A stretch of DNA of 64,000 bases from the NCBI GenBank assembly GCA_012295275.1, contig CM022673.1, forward strand, positions 12,400,001 to 12,464,000, given 5' to 3'. The stretch is from Chrysomallon squamiferum (Eukaryota; Animalia; Mollusca). The position numbers and the translations under genes are program-made. Of this stretch, positions 1 through 12,038 are shown one piece after another. Below the pieces are notes generated by a model, which worked only from the letters and a program-made list of their open reading frames with translations, was not told where the DNA came from and ran no database searches. Numbering within the stretch: position 1 is the stretch's first letter; the number at the start of each line of letters is the position of its first letter.

Positions 1-55
1 AAAACATTTATAAATCACGTGACTCATTTATCTATCACGTGACCTCCTTTATTCT

Positions 56-381
56 TCACATCATGCCATACCTTCCCATCATCCCAAGCCTTCCCATCAT
101 TCCCATTCCACCGGGCATCCCAAATCTTCTCATCATCATCATCCGTCTGCGCATGCCCATCATCCTCATCCTACCCATCATTCCCATCCCTCCCATCATT
201 CCCATCCCTCCCATCCCTCCCATCCCTCCCATCCTTCCCATCCTTCCCATCCTTCCCATCCCTCCCATCCCTCCCATCATACCCATGCCGGGATAGCCCA
301 TCATCATAGGACGACGAAATCCCATCATGGGCCTCCTGTAGTAGCCACCCTCCATTTCGTCACTTTCGCCGCTTTCCGAAA
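56..381 (-). CDS. Secreted Met/Gly/Arg-rich low-complexity protein, last coding exon
   Basis: Acceptor tttttctag|TTTCGG at 381. Phase-1 join with exon 835-886 gives ...VVVSESGESDEMEGGYYRRPMMGFRRPMMMG...GRYGMM*. The last 99 aa contain 38 Met, 33 Gly and 16 Arg. Confidence 0.85.
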
Positions 382-482
382 CTAGAAAAAATTAAAAAAT
401 AAAATATATATATATATATATATAAACAAACAAATGTGGATAGTTTTATGATAATTTTTTGTAGATTCTAGTATTGAAAAAC

Positions 483-483
<1 letters not shown>

Positions 484-535
<52 letters not shown>

Positions 536-670
536 TAACAATGATAATAATATTAACATTAATAATAATAATAATAATAACAATAATAATAATAATACCA
601 GTAACAATAATAACATTAATAATAATATTAATAATAATAATAATAATAATGGTAATAATAGTAATAATTA
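484..670. repeat. (AAT)n microsatellite, intronic
   Basis: Directly visible imperfect AAT/AAC run. Confidence 0.95.
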
Positions 671-834
671 AATAAATAACATTCTAACATTTGTCATCTA
701 TAAAAAATCAGAATATGAATTTATTTATTTATTTAAAAATCGTATTCAGATTTAATTTACATACTAATGAGGAAAAGTATGTAGTATAAAAAGATCTGTA
801 GAAGAAAAAAAATGATTCCATGAACCTCACTTAC

Positions 835-886
835 CAACGACGGAGATAATAGCAGCAGCAACAGCGAACATCAGTGTCAACTTCAT
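835..886 (-). CDS. Secreted Met/Gly/Arg-rich protein, first coding exon (signal peptide MKLTLMFAVAAAIISVV)
   Basis: ATG at 886-884; donor G|gtaagt at 834; acceptor attttgtag| at 909. The 52 nt are phase 1 and join in frame to exon 56-381 (total 378 nt, 125 aa). Confidence 0.85.
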
Positions 887-1528
887 GTTGTGAGAGAAAA
901 TTTCAACGTCTACAAAATATATAAATTTAAAATGAACGCGTGTTTGTCAATTATATCGCGTCACATTTTGTTATTCTGTAGTCTTAGGCATTCTTATAAT
1001 TAAACTGAAAACTGGTTGCGATTACTCTTTAAGCTGTTATCAACAATTAACTAGGATTTTTTTCTTAATTTATTAATACTCGTTATTCATTGTCATTAGC
1101 TGCAGATTATTTATTTTGTTCTTTTCATTTTTATTTCTTTATGTAAATTATATTTATTTATTTATTTACTTACTTATTTGATATATTACAAATCATTGTA
1201 CGATTCTGAATTTCTAGAAATATATTTTGTAGCTATGCGATAATGACGGTGGTTATATTATTGTTCAGTAGGGAATGAATGAATGAAAAAATATCGATGA
1301 AAGAAAGAAAGAAAGAAGTAATAAATGAATCAATCAGTCAACGAAAACAAATTAAATTAACTAATGTTTAACGTTAAGATTGTGCTTAGATATTGTTAAA
1401 CAAATATTAATTGAAAACTTTAGAAATTCTTCTATTGTTTTTTCTTTTCTTTTTTTCTTTTTCTTTTCTTTTTTTCTTTTTCTTTCTTAAAAGTTAAGTA
1501 ACACTATATACCATATGTTATAAATATC

Positions 1529-1655
1529 ACAACATATTTTTCATTATATATCATTCACGTTTATGTTAAAAGTTATGTAACGGGAAATATGAGTAATAAA
1601 TATTACAACATACTTTTCACTACATATCATATACGTTTATGTTAAAAATTATGAC
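1529..1655. repeat. 76-bp-period imperfect tandem duplication, intronic
   Basis: acaacata..ttttca..a.atatcat..acgtttatgttaaaa.ttatg starts at 1529 and again at 1605. Confidence 0.7.
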
Positions 1656-1834
1656 ACATTATATACCATAATTATGAATTATACATATTACAATAGATTT
1701 TTCACTACAGACACAATATGTACGATATTAATTATACATTTTGTAATATATAGGACAGGTTATATATTATATTAATTATTATTATACAACACGTTTTATA
1801 TATATTTATATATTATTTACAACACACTACATAC

Positions 1835-1923
1835 CTTAAATGAAAAAACAAGTAATTTTGAATCACGTTGTTCACAAAGCTCTGCATGTCGATTTAGTTA
1901 GCAAGTTACGTCTTATATATAAC
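1835..1923 (-). promoter_or_regulatory. Probable TATA box (TATATAAG, ~1912-1921) and short non-coding exon 1 (~1835-1885) of the Met/Gly-rich gene
   Basis: Minus strand reads gttatatataagacg, then ~75 nt later a strong donor AAG|gtatgt at 1834; the acceptor at 909 needs an upstream exon. Confidence 0.5.
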
Positions 1924-2522
1924 AAAACGTAAGACAAAAAGAATACTTGATCAAAGGCCTTTGACACATAAATCAAAGTTAGATATGTACCAGTGTTGTG
2001 ACAGAATTCTCGAAAACAGAACAAAAAACCATCGGTCAGAAAATATAAGGGTTAATCTCCTTGGTATTATATATATATATACTGTTCAGAGTTATGTATT
2101 AACACATTTTGTAACTTTACGTTACAGATACTTGAAATATTTCGTGCCGATGCCCTGTTGTATAGATATGTTTATTCTCTGTACTGCAAAAGTGTTTAAA
2201 TTAAGTATCAACATTTGGAGTGTGTTTGTACATAAAGTTAGCTTAGTAATATTTTGGATAAATCTATTGGTTATTAAATTTTGTGTACTCATAACTTTCT
2301 GCGTAACACTCACTCACAAGGTTTTTTTTTTTAAATTTATTCTGAATGCGTGGGTAGGTGTAGTTTGTGTGTGCGTATGAGTGTGTGTGTGTGTGTGTAT
2401 TTTGTGATTATTTTGTTTTAATTATTTAAAAACCATGCTCGGGACGTTGTTTTAAAATGAAAATAAAAATAGTTAATTGTTTTACTTAATTATAGCAACG
2501 ATTTATCTCAACTAAGAAAGAA

Positions 2523-2553
<31 letters not shown>

Positions 2554-2747
2554 TAGTTCTCTTTCTCTGTGTGCGTGCCAAATAAATGTTGTTAAAATGC
2601 AATCACTCTTCACAAGAAATGGGCGTCAGTACATCTGAGTACATACGCATGTTATGCACATTACGATGCGTTACAAATCTCTTCGATGCTTTATACAGAA
2701 TCCGCTTTATATCGACTTTCCCAAGAGTGCATGTACTTTACGATATA

Positions 2748-3196
2748 CAGTGGAACCTCGTTCCAGAACTCGGTTTGTAAACAGAATTGTATGTAAACCG
2801 AAGCGATGTCAGACACACGAATGCCACTCTGATGTTTTGCAGTTATTTATTTCTTAACCTCTACTGTGATACGTTTATACTTTTCACCAGCATTATCATT
2901 TTCACTACTTGTTTTCTTAGGCGCCATATTGGAAAGGATATAATAAAAAAAATATACACATAATAGAAGCAACCCTTTACAAAATGCGAGCGCACAATCT
3001 CAATGCAAAAGCTATCAAGCTACAACTGCGTATTGAAGACAAAAGGCCCGACGTCAAAAGAAAGATGGTCATGGTGCATAGTTTTAGGTCGTAACTCGGG
3101 ACATTGTTCGTTAACCGAGACAGAAATAGCCCAAGCTCACGGTTTCTAATCCGATTTGTTCGTGTTTCGAGGCGTTCATAACCCTAGGTTCCAATG
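2748..3196. mobile_element. Non-autonomous Tc1/mariner (pogo/Tigger-like) MITE remnant
   Basis: Left end TA|CAGTGGAACCTCGTTCCAGAAC; right end reverse complement TA|CATTGGAACCTAGGGTTATGAAC. TA target-site duplication, imperfect TIRs, no transposase ORF. Confidence 0.7.
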
Positions 3197-4730
3197 TATG
3201 ATTTTACACGTGGCTTTAATCAACAATTTTGTCAAATGTAATTACAGTAATGCGTATATTTATTTGTTTGTGTGACGCAGTACTGGACGTTTTAACGGTT
3301 TATCCCCACTTTGCCTGACGCCTGAACAGATTAACGGTAACAGACCATTGCACGGGAGGTTATGGTCTGTTCCACTAAATACAGGTACACAATGCAGTTA
3401 TAATCACATCAAAATTTCCTGATCTAATCTTATCTCTCGATCACAACTCACATGAAAACTGTTCAAATGAGTAACCTTAACTACGTTTGTATCATGATAT
3501 TGAACGATATATCTTTTTATATTTGAATTTGAATTTATATATATAAAACAGTCAATGCTATAATTGACAAATTATTATCACATGCAATAAATTGAAGGCT
3601 AAAGTCCATGTTATAACTGCAATTTCACCTACGTGAATGTTAAAATGGATGTTATGAATGATATAATTTTTAACTGTGAATGTTAGGAGTGTCAGATGTA
3701 ATAAAATGAACGATAAAGTGATTGAAGTTATTTATTGACTTAGACTGTACCATAATCGCCTATTAGTACTAGCGATTAGCGCACATCAGTGATTTCTGTA
3801 TAAGAACAATAGCGTCCGGAAAAGTGGAGACATCGCGTTTTAACTTGTGCAGGTTTATATCTGTACACTTTGTGGAATTATATTTGTATAGATTATGTGC
3901 GATTATCAGATTATGTAATTTTTAATCTGTGTAGATTATATAACAATTATTATAATCTGATTTTATATTTGATTAATTCTGTATGAATGTTTATTAACAA
4001 AACAAAAACATGAAAATTCAAAACAAATATATATTTTTAATATTCTGAATTTCGTTTTCTTTTTTCTTCAATTGTCTGATGTGGGATATTTTATCACAAG
4101 TATTGTAGGTTTTTTTCTTCGTTTTTTTTTTCTTTTTTTCTTCCTGTTTTTTCCTTCTTTTTGTTATAAAAGTGAAGATTTCTGTTGATTATTTTTTTTT
4201 CCTTTTCGTTTATTTTTCTTTTGTCCTTTTCTAAAATCTGAAACAAAAAAACAATAGGAAAGGAGTTTAGAGAAAAAAAAAAAAAGTCAGTTTTCAATAA
4301 TGTGTGTGTGTATATTTTGAATATTAAATAAATTATTAAACAGAAATATATATTTTTAATTTTTATTTATATATAGTCAAGTCCTTAATTACTGTAATTG
4401 AAAATATATTTACTAGGACAACAGGCTACAGAATATAATTTTAAGTTTAACACAATTTATAATTAAATTTTAGGTTTAAACCCAATTTACGGATCAGAAT
4501 TCGAAGATTAAATAAATTTAAAGAATAAATTAATATAAAGAATATAATGTTAAATTTAAACTAATTTGAAGAACTAAAAATATTAACTTTAAATTACTTT
4601 GAAGTGTATAATTTTAAATTTAAAACAACTGACATCATATAACTTTCAGGACAATTTTGAAATTAAATTAATTAGAATATAATTTTTGGATTAAATTAAA
4701 TGGAAATATAAAAGTTCAATTTAAAATAAT

Positions 4731-4896
4731 TTAGAGTTTGGTCATACCTTTAGGTTCAAACGTGGCAGGAACTCTGCCATTCTTTCTGTGAAATGGTAAA
4801 ATTATTGTAGGATCAATAGGAATCCAAGGAACAGTGGAACAAGGTTTACTTGTAGAAACAAAAACTTTGTGGTCAAAATGTAAGTCATAGGATCCC
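4731..4896 (-). CDS. ICE2: ICE2 last coding exon (NARG2_C end)
   Basis: tttctcag|G acceptor; GSYDLHFDHK...VPWIPIDPTIILPFHRKNGRVPATFEPKGMTKL*. Confidence 0.9.
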
Positions 4897-7800
4897 CTGA
4901 GAAACAATAAAAACAAAAGAAAGAAATGTTCTCTATAATAACATGTTCAGTATATCTGCAATTTATAATCATGTGGTGTAAAATTTATAGTCTAGAAGAA
5001 TGGGAAAAATAGTACTGTAAGAAGAAGGGCTACTCTTTTTCAGTTAGCAGCAAGATATGTTTTTATGTTTCTTCCCATGGGCTGGAATGCAAAATAATGA
5101 TCTGTGATAAACCAGATTTAGACTACTGGTTGGGATGGAAAAAATGAAACAAAAACAAAATTGACATATTAAATACCAATATCTATTTATTGTTGTTTTC
5201 AAATATTTTTTTTTTATATTTAAAATTTAATAATTGTGACTGAAAAAAAAAAAAAAAAAAAAAAAAAAAATAATAAAAAAAAAAAATAATAATAATAATT
5301 GCAGTTTAAAAAAAGAGTAAAATTCATTTTTTTTATTTTTCTCATTTTGGTTCCCTGCTTAGACACCAATAAGATATTCAACAGCTGTTTACAACATATA
5401 TTATATTAACTGAGTTCAAGTATGCCTAACAATCCAGAACCCTTCATGGTCTAAACAGTACTAATATGTTAGAGAATCAGAGAAAATAAAGTTTTAACAG
5501 TCCTACACTTCACCAATTCATTTCTGGCAGAATCCAGTTCAAGGATTTGATCCAAGCATGTACCAGTCTTAAAGTAAAGGCTTAACCATTCATAGCATTT
5601 TGATATTAAAATAATAAGCTATAGAGTTTCATCTACTCACCGTTTTTGTCTATCAATGCTCTTCAAGATGCTAACATAGTTCTCTCCCTTTGAATGACTC
5701 AAAAGGTAGGTTCCAGTAGGAAGTCTAAAATTAATTAAAAATTAATTAGCCTTGTACAGTTTTAATTAATAAAAGTGAGATAATAAATTCTGACAGTGGT
5801 ACTAGCAAATCAGGGAGATATTTTTATATAGTTGCTCCAATAAATTCCAGATAGATAAATTGTATATAATTATGAAAATAATACTAAAGCAAAATTTAGA
5901 CTAATTTTAGATGCAAAAAAAAAAATTAAAAAATATATATATATATAATTTAGATGCTGTATAAACAGTAAAATGACTATTAAATTTTCTAAACATTTTC
6001 TAAATGGAAGAGAGTAATTTATTAATAATAAAGAATTTAGTATTATTGTTTATTTAATGGCATGAACATATTTTTGATATTAATTTTATTTTCACTTTTC
6101 CAGAAATAGGTCAACAGAAACGAAATCTTTGAGAAATAACCAAATGTTAACTAAACCCTTTGTCAATGTTACTATTAGCAGAAACAATATTTGACAATAC
6201 ATGTGTGTGTGAAGGTGTGTGGGTGTATATATATATATCTAAACAAAACACACACACAAAATACATATGCATGCATATATAAAGGCATATGTTGTAACAA
6301 TGTCTAGTTTATATAAAAAGAGATGACAACATTGTTACTTACTGTTTTAAATGTGAAAACAAACCATGCAAAAAGCAGAAAAATTCCTGAGGTCTGAAAA
6401 TGAAAGAGAATTAAATTAATTTGTAAATGGACAGAAATAAACAGTATGCAAATTAATAGTTACACACATGAATGATTCCGTTAGTTCATGTTTTATGTGA
6501 ATCAGCATATATTTAATATGTGTCTGAATAATACATGTATATGTGTGTGTGTGTGTGTGTGTATATTATGTGTATGTGTATGTGTGCATATGTATGTTTG
6601 TAAGTGTGTATATGCATATGTGCATATGTATGTATGTATATGACTGAATAAATCAAGATGACATTTTAAAATGTTTGTAAATAAAAAGTTTTATTACACA
6701 CTCACACAAATGGAATGGAGGGCTGAAGGATTTTAGTCATGTCCAAATCTTCTAACATAATAATTTCTGATGTCTGTGCATTTATTCGACCTGAAATAAT
6801 AAATAAAGGTATATATTAAGAGCTCTATAACTGATAGTATTGACATCAGTGAAAATCCTGATAACTGAACTACATTAACTGCTAAGAGAATGTCACCCAC
6901 ACATCTACAGACATCATTAATATTTTGATTTGCTCAGGTTAGTTTGCTGCATGTTTAGATAAACATTATATTTACACTTATTCACTTAAAAATGTACCAA
7001 AATGCATACACAAACACTCAGAAACACAGAAAGATAGAATAAACACAAATAATTTTGACAGAGATAAACACATATATATAAACATATATATAAACCATAA
7101 GCATACACAAACACAGAAACACACATACAGACTATACACAGACACACGAGACAGACAGACACTCAGAGACACACACACACAAATACGTACATAAATAAAC
7201 ATTGATTAACCTCTGATCAGGTGAGTGTTAGGTTTAATTAAACAGGACATCCAGGAACGTGACATCTCACTCTGTGTAATCTGCTCCACTCCAAACTTTG
7301 CCTGGTACTCTAACTTTGGTACAATACAAACTGGATACAACTGAAACAAATAACAAACAGCATCCTACACAGTTCCTTCATACAAGAATAGATTTTACAA
7401 TCTGTTTTTTTTAATACCTTTATGAAAATATACTAACTATATTTTACAATTTGTTTTATTATTTTTTTAATTATTTTTTTTTAATCAAATATTTGTTAAA
7501 ATACTAACTATATATATATATACAATTTTTTTTAAATTATACATTTATTGAAAGATCTTAATGGTATTTCATATCACTTTCAATTATACATTCATTAAAA
7601 TATACTAATTATAGTTGGCAATACTTTTTATACATTTATTTAAATATATTAATTATATTATATAATACATTTATTAATATACAAATTATATGTTGTAATA
7701 CTTGATATTCTAATTGTATTAATTTATCTTATAATACTTTTCATTATATATTTATTAATATATATTAACTAAATCTTACAATACATTTTTTTTTTAATAC

Positions 7801-8719
7801 ATTGATTAAAGTAAACTAATTATATTTTATCATGCTAAACATTCTGTATCTATTAAAATATATTACTTATTACTATATTCAGCAGAGATATTGCAGACCA
7901 TACATTCAGTTCTCTGTGGAATCCATTCATATGATTCAGACATTTCCAGTAACCATCATATTATAGCATGTACTTGTCTATCAGAAAGTCTATATGAAAA
8001 ATACCTAGCTGGTAATTAGGGATTAGTAACAATAAGCTGGGTTGTGAGTTGACAGAATTCTTCTCTCATAATATCATTAAAACAGTTTGACAGTTCATAA
8101 GTTTATAATACACTGTCTTCAGTAATAGGACTTCATACTTTGACATAAATAAAATAAAGTTATTTAATGCTGCTACACTCTGGAACATTACAGTTAATTG
8201 TTTAGTAATATAACTTCATTAAAGTTATTATTGGAGTATGAAACTGTTATATTTTGGAACAATACTATGCATGTTTGTTAGTTTATCACATCGTAAAGCT
8301 GATATGTAAAATAAAATAAAGTTCTGAGACCTTGTTAGGGTATTCTCTAAGTGTGCCATGACTAGACGTTCTTATCAGCAATTTCAGACCACTGAAGTCC
8401 CACAGATTGTAAGTGATTTTGCTCTGATCTGGCTCTTTAAATCTTTTACCACTGATATCTGTACAGAAAAAAATATTTCAAGTGAAACTAAAATGCAAAG
8501 AGAAAACACATGGGGGGAGAGACAGAGAGACAGAGAGAGAGAGATGGAGACAAAATAAAGAGACAGCTAGAGAAACAGAGAATATATCTTTACATACATT
8601 ATAAAGTTTTCTCATCACAATATTATTAGGTATGCATGTATGTGAGCTACACATTCAAATTACATTATACTTAAAATATAAATTCTACTGTTTGTATCTA
8701 TCTATCTATCTATCTATCT

Positions 8720-8757
<38 letters not shown>

Positions 8758-11700
8758 TTGCATATATGTATTTTTAAAAATATTTGTACCTAGTATTATT
8801 TGTAAAAAAATCACTGAATGACTACAACTATTATTTTAATTTTATATTTAAATAATAAAACAGTGGATTACCTTCCTCACACTGTGTATGTGGCTGGTTT
8901 GTTGCTGTGGTTAACATTTTGGTTTTGAAGTTGTAGTATTGAGTCTAGTGGAGTCACACCCACTGCTTTGGATGTAAAATCTTTTCTGAAAATCTCATTT
9001 TCTGGTTCATTACGATGAGGATCTTTCAGATAGAAATATTTTGAAAAAAAGGATGAATAGAGACAGGTTGAAATTCTATATAAAAGTAAATCACAAAAAT
9101 AATATACAGTAAATAACGCACAGAAACACTGAGAGAGACACACAAACACACACTCACATGGTCACATAAAACATGTACATACACATACAAAATGTAAAAT
9201 ATTTATGCTTTAATGTGAATATTTATGTGCTCATCAATAACTTGTTTAGAACAACAACAGTTAAAAATAATGTAAATATTAAATAAATGTAGATTTCACC
9301 AAAATAAATAGATTATTATATATAACAAACTACAACTTGCATGGTTATTAGGTTTAGAAAAGTGGAATTTTAGAATTCCATTTATAAATCAGAATTCTAC
9401 ATGTATCATATAAAATTAAAAATGACTATATATATATATTTATATTAATGTACTAGAGGTTTGTTTTTCAAAGTATAAAATGAAACTTCAACCTTAATAA
9501 TATATAAATACATTTTTTTATTATTATTATTTTTTTTATGGATATTTACTTGCATGAACTTCACAGATAAATTAAAAAGTTTCTGGCATACTGAAGAAGA
9601 GCTAAAATAAACAAAGTTATTCACCTGGATGTTCTTCTGTTATGTTATCAATGGGTTTTTCTGACATATCTGAATTTGCTTCTGTTTTAATTTTCTTGGA
9701 TGTTTTCTCAATTCTTTCTTTGCTCGGTCTTCCTCGTTTTCTCTTCGTAACATCGCCACATCCTTGTTCAGTTTCCTCTAAAGATGTCTCTCCATTTCCC
9801 GCTTGTCCTGATTCACAGCTATTCTGTTCATTAGATTTCCTTCTCTTATTGTTATTATCAGAGTTTCTGTCTAATAATCCACCAGATTTGGAAGCACTGG
9901 AGACAGGTTTCACCGGTTCAGGACTTGTATTCTTTGAACGATTTATTCTATTTGACCTTCGCAAGGCTCGCAGAGCTCTGGGACTAAGAAAAACTTGAGG
10001 ATTTTCATTTTCACTTTCGGCTGTTATATCAATCACTAAATTTTCATCATGTGAATCGGTCTCGCTTTCACTAAATGTTTTACCAAACAGTGATTTCTTT
10101 GAACCTTTCTTCTTAATATCTGGAGACTGTGGACTATCAGATATGCAGCTTTTGCTTTTGGAATCACTTTCAGAAGCATCTCTTTCATCCTGATTGATGT
10201 TGTAGCTGTTGTTAGGAGACATTGGTGAGTCTTGATCGCAATGTTCTAAAGGAATGAGCATTGTGAGTCTGTTGTTGAGTTTATCACATTGCTGGTGTCT
10301 TCGAGACGATGTGTTACCAATACCGTCTCTGTGTTGATCAGGTTCTTGGTTCTGTGATGTATTTTCAGGATCTGGAGATAATGGAGAGTCCTGATATTCA
10401 TCAGCATTTGGAGCAGTTGTACTGGAAACAGATTTAGCTAAAAATACATCAGAAGGTTTTAAATCTGTGTCTGGACATGTGGCTTTTTCATTTTCTGCCT
10501 GAGACTCTTCACAGTCAATGATTATCAAATTGTCCTCATCAGAATCTGCATCAGACTTTAAGATTTCCATTTCTGCTTTATTCTTCTCCCTCTTATTATC
10601 ACTACAAGTCAATGCCAAAGACTTCCCATCTGATTCAAAAGTCACTTCAGTATCTACTAAACAAACTGAATCTGGTTTACATTTATCACTGGCAGTCCTA
10701 TTTTTTTTTGGCAACAGTACCTCACAATCCAAATCTGGTTTACGATTTACATCCTCAACACTCACTTTTTCCTTGGGCAAAGTCATTTCTGAAGGTTTAG
10801 CTGCAGACATGGAAGGTAACTTAAAAATATTTTCTTTTCTGGACACAGAATTTTGTGGCTTTGTCACTGTACTTTTGCCAAAAGATCCGAAAGTTTCTAA
10901 ATCATCAATGGAAGTATCTGTCTCAAACAGGCAGTCTGGAGCTTGTACACTCGACCCTGACCTTGTAGAATATGAAGAATCAAACAAGCCAGGTTTTATT
11001 TCATTGTTTGTTCCTGTCTTTCCCTGCAAGTTTTTCTGGGTTTTGCTCTGAGGGAGACGGGTGATAAAAGCCTTCAGTGCATATTTGTGATATAAAGTGT
11101 TCTTCTCTCTGTTTGTGAGAACCTTCGCACAGAGAGGTTTATCAAGAAAAACGACTTTTTGTTGTGAATCAGAAACACCAGCTGAAATTTAAAAATATAT
11201 AATATATAATTTTTAAAAAATATATATATTTTCTTGTCTGTGAATTCAAAATACTGGTAAAATTTTAAAAATTATATATTTTTATATATATATATATACA
11301 CACAGTGGTACCTTGTCTTACAAGTTTAATTTGTTCCATGACCAAGTTGGGGTACCACTTTATAGATATATATATTTTTTTATTATTCTGTTATCTGTAC
11401 ATTTGTCTGTGAATTCAAAATATCAGTAAAAAGATTATTTTATTTAACATTTGACCATGATTTCAAAATTGAAGAATAATTTATTTTGTTTAATTATATA
11501 TATTTGTCCGTGAATTCACAATATTAGTAAAAAAAAATTAAAATATTATTTGAAATTCTGAAATATAAGCATATTCTTTATTAATATTATTTTATTAGCA
11601 TGGAAAATAACAAAATAGATACAAATTTTTATATATGAAAATTAATTTACTCATTTTTTTTTAGAGACAACCTCAAAACTATGTTATGAATATACTGATT

Positions 11701-11987
11701 TAAAAATTATAATCAAAGAAAATTATAATCATTAAATTGATTAGTAACCAAGATTTCTGCAGATTTCTTTACTATTTAGTTTAATTTTATTTAAAACAGA
11801 CTAAGGGACATAACTCCACTATGAATGGGAAAAAGGAATGGAACTATTGAATCACACAATTCTTGTGCTTTATTAAATTAAGCACAAATATTATAAATAT
11901 TATAAAAATCATATAAAACAATTTGATAAAATTTTCTCATTTGTTATTAGTATTATGTACAAACAGACACAAAACAGTTTGATAAAA

Positions 11988-12038
<51 letters not shown>

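Noticed and set aside
39-296. Plus-strand Ile/Pro-rich ORF
   Set aside because: Antisense shadow of the Met/Gly codons; the splice sites and signal peptide are on the minus strand.
474-671. Poly-Asn ORF
   Set aside because: Translation of an intronic (AAT)n microsatellite.
3339-3371. 10-bp perfect hairpin AACAGACCAT/ATGGTCTGTT
   Set aside because: Isolated and short, with no Helitron end or RNA-gene context; could be chance.
4430-4730. Loosely periodic AT-rich stretch after the ICE2 stop
   Set aside because: No consistent unit could be defined; probably low-complexity 3'UTR.
9642-11051. Plus-strand ORFs of 118 and 177 aa
   Set aside because: Antisense to ICE2 exon 7.
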